Assembly (NCBI GenBank): GCA_037439545.1
Contig: JBBIVV010000016.1
Coordinates: forward strand, 21,052-50,312
From: a bacterium
GTDB lineage: Bacteria; JAMCPX01
Length of the DNA stretch: 29,261 nucleotides
Direction of reading: 5' to 3'
Under the pieces are notes generated by a model. The model was not told the origin of the DNA. It saw nothing but the letters and a program-made list of their open reading frames with translations, and searched no databases. The position numbers and the translations under genes are program-made. Every line of letters starts with the position of its first letter. Position 1 is the first letter of the stretch. Below are positions 27,092-29,261 of the stretch, one piece after another.

Positions 27092-28354
27092 ATGGACTCC
27101 TTTAGTCTGTCAGCATATTCGAAGGAAGAATATTCTCTTTGTGTAAAATGCGGCAAGTGCAGGCCGGTTTGCCCTGTATTTGACGAATTGAAAGAGGAGG
27201 GAGCTTCGCCGCGGGGCAAAATAACGCTTATACAGGCATTGCTTGAACAAACTCTGAAACCCTCCGGAAGAACAAAGCAGCTTGTTTCAGAATGTCTCCT
27301 GTGTTCCGCATGTGTCGCTGTCTGTCCCAATGGTGTGAGAACAGATGTGCTTATTATTGAGGCCAGGCGGAATATGACTATGGGGAAAGGGCTTGACCTG
27401 ATAGAAAAAGGTCTGACGAGAGCAGGTTTTACAAGTACAGGTATCAGCTTTAAACTTGCATCTGTGGTCGAGAAGATTGCCGGTGCCAGAATATTGTCTG
27501 AATCAGGCATCTTTTACCGCCTTCCCGCAAACCGGATAATACCAAAAATTAAAAGCAGGTCGTTCTCCGGTTCTAAATGGAATATACATAAGGGCAAAAC
27601 AAAAACAGGGTTTTTCCTCGGATGCCTCATAGATTTTATATACCACGATGTTGCAAAAGATGCTGCAGAGCTTCTCGGTACAGCGGGTATCATGCCGTTC
27701 ATACCGGAAAATCAAGCATGCTGCGGCCTGCCTGCACTGAGCATTGGCGATATTGACAATGCAAAAAAGCAGGCAAGGGCTGTCATGTCTTTCTTTGACG
27801 ATACTGATAGTGTAGTGACTGCATGCGGGTCATGCGGGTCCATGCTGAAGAATTATTATCCCTTGATATTCGACGAGCCTTCTGAACACAAAAAGGCAGT
27901 TTCATTTTCTCATAAGGTAAAAGATATAACGGAGATGTTGGCAGATGAGTCAGGGAGCGAGAGTTTCGGCCCCGGGGGGAAAGATTTATCAAACATCACT
28001 AACAGCCTGCCGGTCGTTACCTATCACGATCCATGCCATCTTAAACGGGGCATGTCGATATCAGAAAGACCAAGAGAGCTGTTAAAAAAAGCGGGGTACA
28101 CGCTTTCAGAGATGAGCGAGCCTGACCGGTGTTGCGGACTTGGAGGTGCTTTTAATATAAAACACCGCAGTATTTCGTCTGCCATAACGAGGCGGAAGAT
28201 GCATGATATAAAATCAACAGGTGCGTCCATAGTAGCAACAGGATGCCCGGGGTGCATGGCAAACATAGCGGGCATGGCAATAGAGCAGGGGCTGGACATA
28301 AAGGTAGTACACACGGTGAACCTCCTCGCACTTGCTTTGCAGACGGCAAAATAG
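27092..28354 (+). CDS. (Fe-S)-binding protein, GlcF/HdrD-like (2x[4Fe-4S] plus two CCG domains)
   Basis: CVKCGKCRPVCP, CLLCSACVAVCP, SPRGK, QACCG, TACGSC, YHDPCHL, RCCGLGG and TGCPGC motifs. Start is likely ATG 27092 (alternative TTG 27062). Confidence 0.9.
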   Translation: MDSFSLSAYSKEEYSLCVKCGKCRPVCPVFDELKEEGASPRGKITLIQALLEQTLKPSGRTKQLVSECLLCSACVAVCPNGVRTDVLIIEARRNMTMGKGLDLIEKGLTRAGFTSTGISFKLASVVEKIAGARILSESGIFYRLPANRIIPKIKSRSFSGSKWNIHKGKTKTGFFLGCLIDFIYHDVAKDAAELLGTAGIMPFIPENQACCGLPALSIGDIDNAKKQARAVMSFFDDTDSVVTACGSCGSMLKNYYPLIFDEPSEHKKAVSFSHKVKDITEMLADESGSESFGPGGKDLSNITNSLPVVTYHDPCHLKRGMSISERPRELLKKAGYTLSEMSEPDRCCGLGGAFNIKHRSISSAITRRKMHDIKSTGASIVATGCPGCMANIAGMAIEQGLDIKVVHTVNLLALALQTAK

Positions 28355-28441
28355 TAAGTATAACCTTATCTTTATAATCTTTCCCCCGCCGACATACTGC
28401 TGTCACTCCTGCATGGTATCCTCGCAGAAAGGAGGGTGAAA

Positions 28442-29239
28442 ATGCAAATGACTAAATTAATCAAGGCTATTCGAGAAAAGGACATAGATCGGGCAAGGTC
28501 GTTAATTACAAACGGCACTGATGTGAATGAAGCAGACAGCCGGGGCGGAACTGCATTACTGTTTGCATCGGCAGAGGGACATACCGATATTGTAAAGTAT
28601 CTATTGGAGCACGGAGCTAAGGTCAACCCTCCTGCAACACTGACACCGGAAGAGTATGAGCCAGACCCTATTTTATTTTTCCCGATGGGTTACCCGGATA
28701 TTACCAGACTGCTGATAGAATATGGGGCGGATATAAATGCGAGGGACACAATGGGGTACACGGTTTTAGCATCTGCCCTGGATGCTGAATGCAAAGATAC
28801 GGCATACGTTCTTTTAGAGCATATTCCTGAGATGACCGACATAGACGCTAAAACCAATGAAGGGCATACTGCCTTGATGTACGCTGAAATGCAGGGATAT
28901 ACGGATATCGCCGGCATTCTCCGGAATGCCGGTGCACACTATAATCAGAGCGAACTTGATGCGGCCCTTATAAATACCTGTGGAATGACACACTATATGG
29001 ACATGATCAGATTCCTGGTGAAAAAGGGCGCACACGTAAATGCGCAGGATGAGATAGGCAATACGGCTCTGATAGAGGCAGCTTTAACAAATCAGGTCAA
29101 TATTGTGCAATATTTGATCGAACTTGGTGCTGACATGTACATCAAAAATCATCATGGAACAACCGCATTGAGCGTTGCACAGCATTACGGACATAGAGAG
29201 ATTATCGATCTCCTGAAAAAGGTTGGCGCAAAAGAATAG
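28442..29239 (+). CDS. Ankyrin repeat protein
   Basis: About 6-7 ankyrin repeats (GGTALLFA, GYTVLASA, GHTALMYA, GNTALIEA, GTTALSVA, each with LL..GA.VN-like ends). ATG 28442 lies 6 nt after AAGGAGG. Confidence 0.93.
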   Translation: MQMTKLIKAIREKDIDRARSLITNGTDVNEADSRGGTALLFASAEGHTDIVKYLLEHGAKVNPPATLTPEEYEPDPILFFPMGYPDITRLLIEYGADINARDTMGYTVLASALDAECKDTAYVLLEHIPEMTDIDAKTNEGHTALMYAEMQGYTDIAGILRNAGAHYNQSELDAALINTCGMTHYMDMIRFLVKKGAHVNAQDEIGNTALIEAALTNQVNIVQYLIELGADMYIKNHHGTTALSVAQHYGHREIIDLLKKVGAKE

Positions 29240-29261
29240 AAAAAAAATGAGATCTATGACA

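Noticed and set aside
1..29261. CRISPR array, tRNA/rRNA, prophage, transposase or anti-phage system
   Set aside because: No regularly spaced repeats or cloverleaf-like sequences were seen, and nearly all coding space is explained by other families.

Overview
A ~29 kb gene-dense bacterial chromosomal segment, mostly housekeeping. The lipid A/BamA gene order and an FrzS-like protein point to a diderm Deltaproteobacteria/Myxococcota-like organism (inference). From left to right: (1) a tightly packed + strand operon of B12-dependent methionine synthase lacking its reactivation domain, an FrzS-like pseudo-receiver/coiled-coil protein, purN, a degenerate phytoene-desaturase-like flavoprotein, an SRPBCC/START protein, cutA and a lipoprotein metallophosphoesterase; (2) a convergent - strand envelope operon lolD-bamA-skp-lpxD-fabZ-lpxA-gnnA-like-lpxB-msbA-DUF374(lpxJ-like), preceded by a long-chain acyl-CoA ligase; (3) clpB, an FMN-binding protein, an MBL-fold hydrolase, an AACS-like acyl-CoA synthetase, an RRM RNA-binding protein, a GlcF-like Fe-S protein and an ankyrin-repeat protein. 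I saw no tRNA, rRNA, CRISPR array, transposase, integrase or defence system. The best leads are a dispersed intergenic element with conserved inverted ends and variable interiors at three loci (3-19, 23547-23655, 26993-27061), the compact FrzS homolog, the pseudo-flavoprotein + SRPBCC pair, and a lipid A cluster suggesting diamino-glucose lipid A but lacking gnnB, lpxI/H and lolCE in place. All family assignments come from motif recognition and recall, not database searches.
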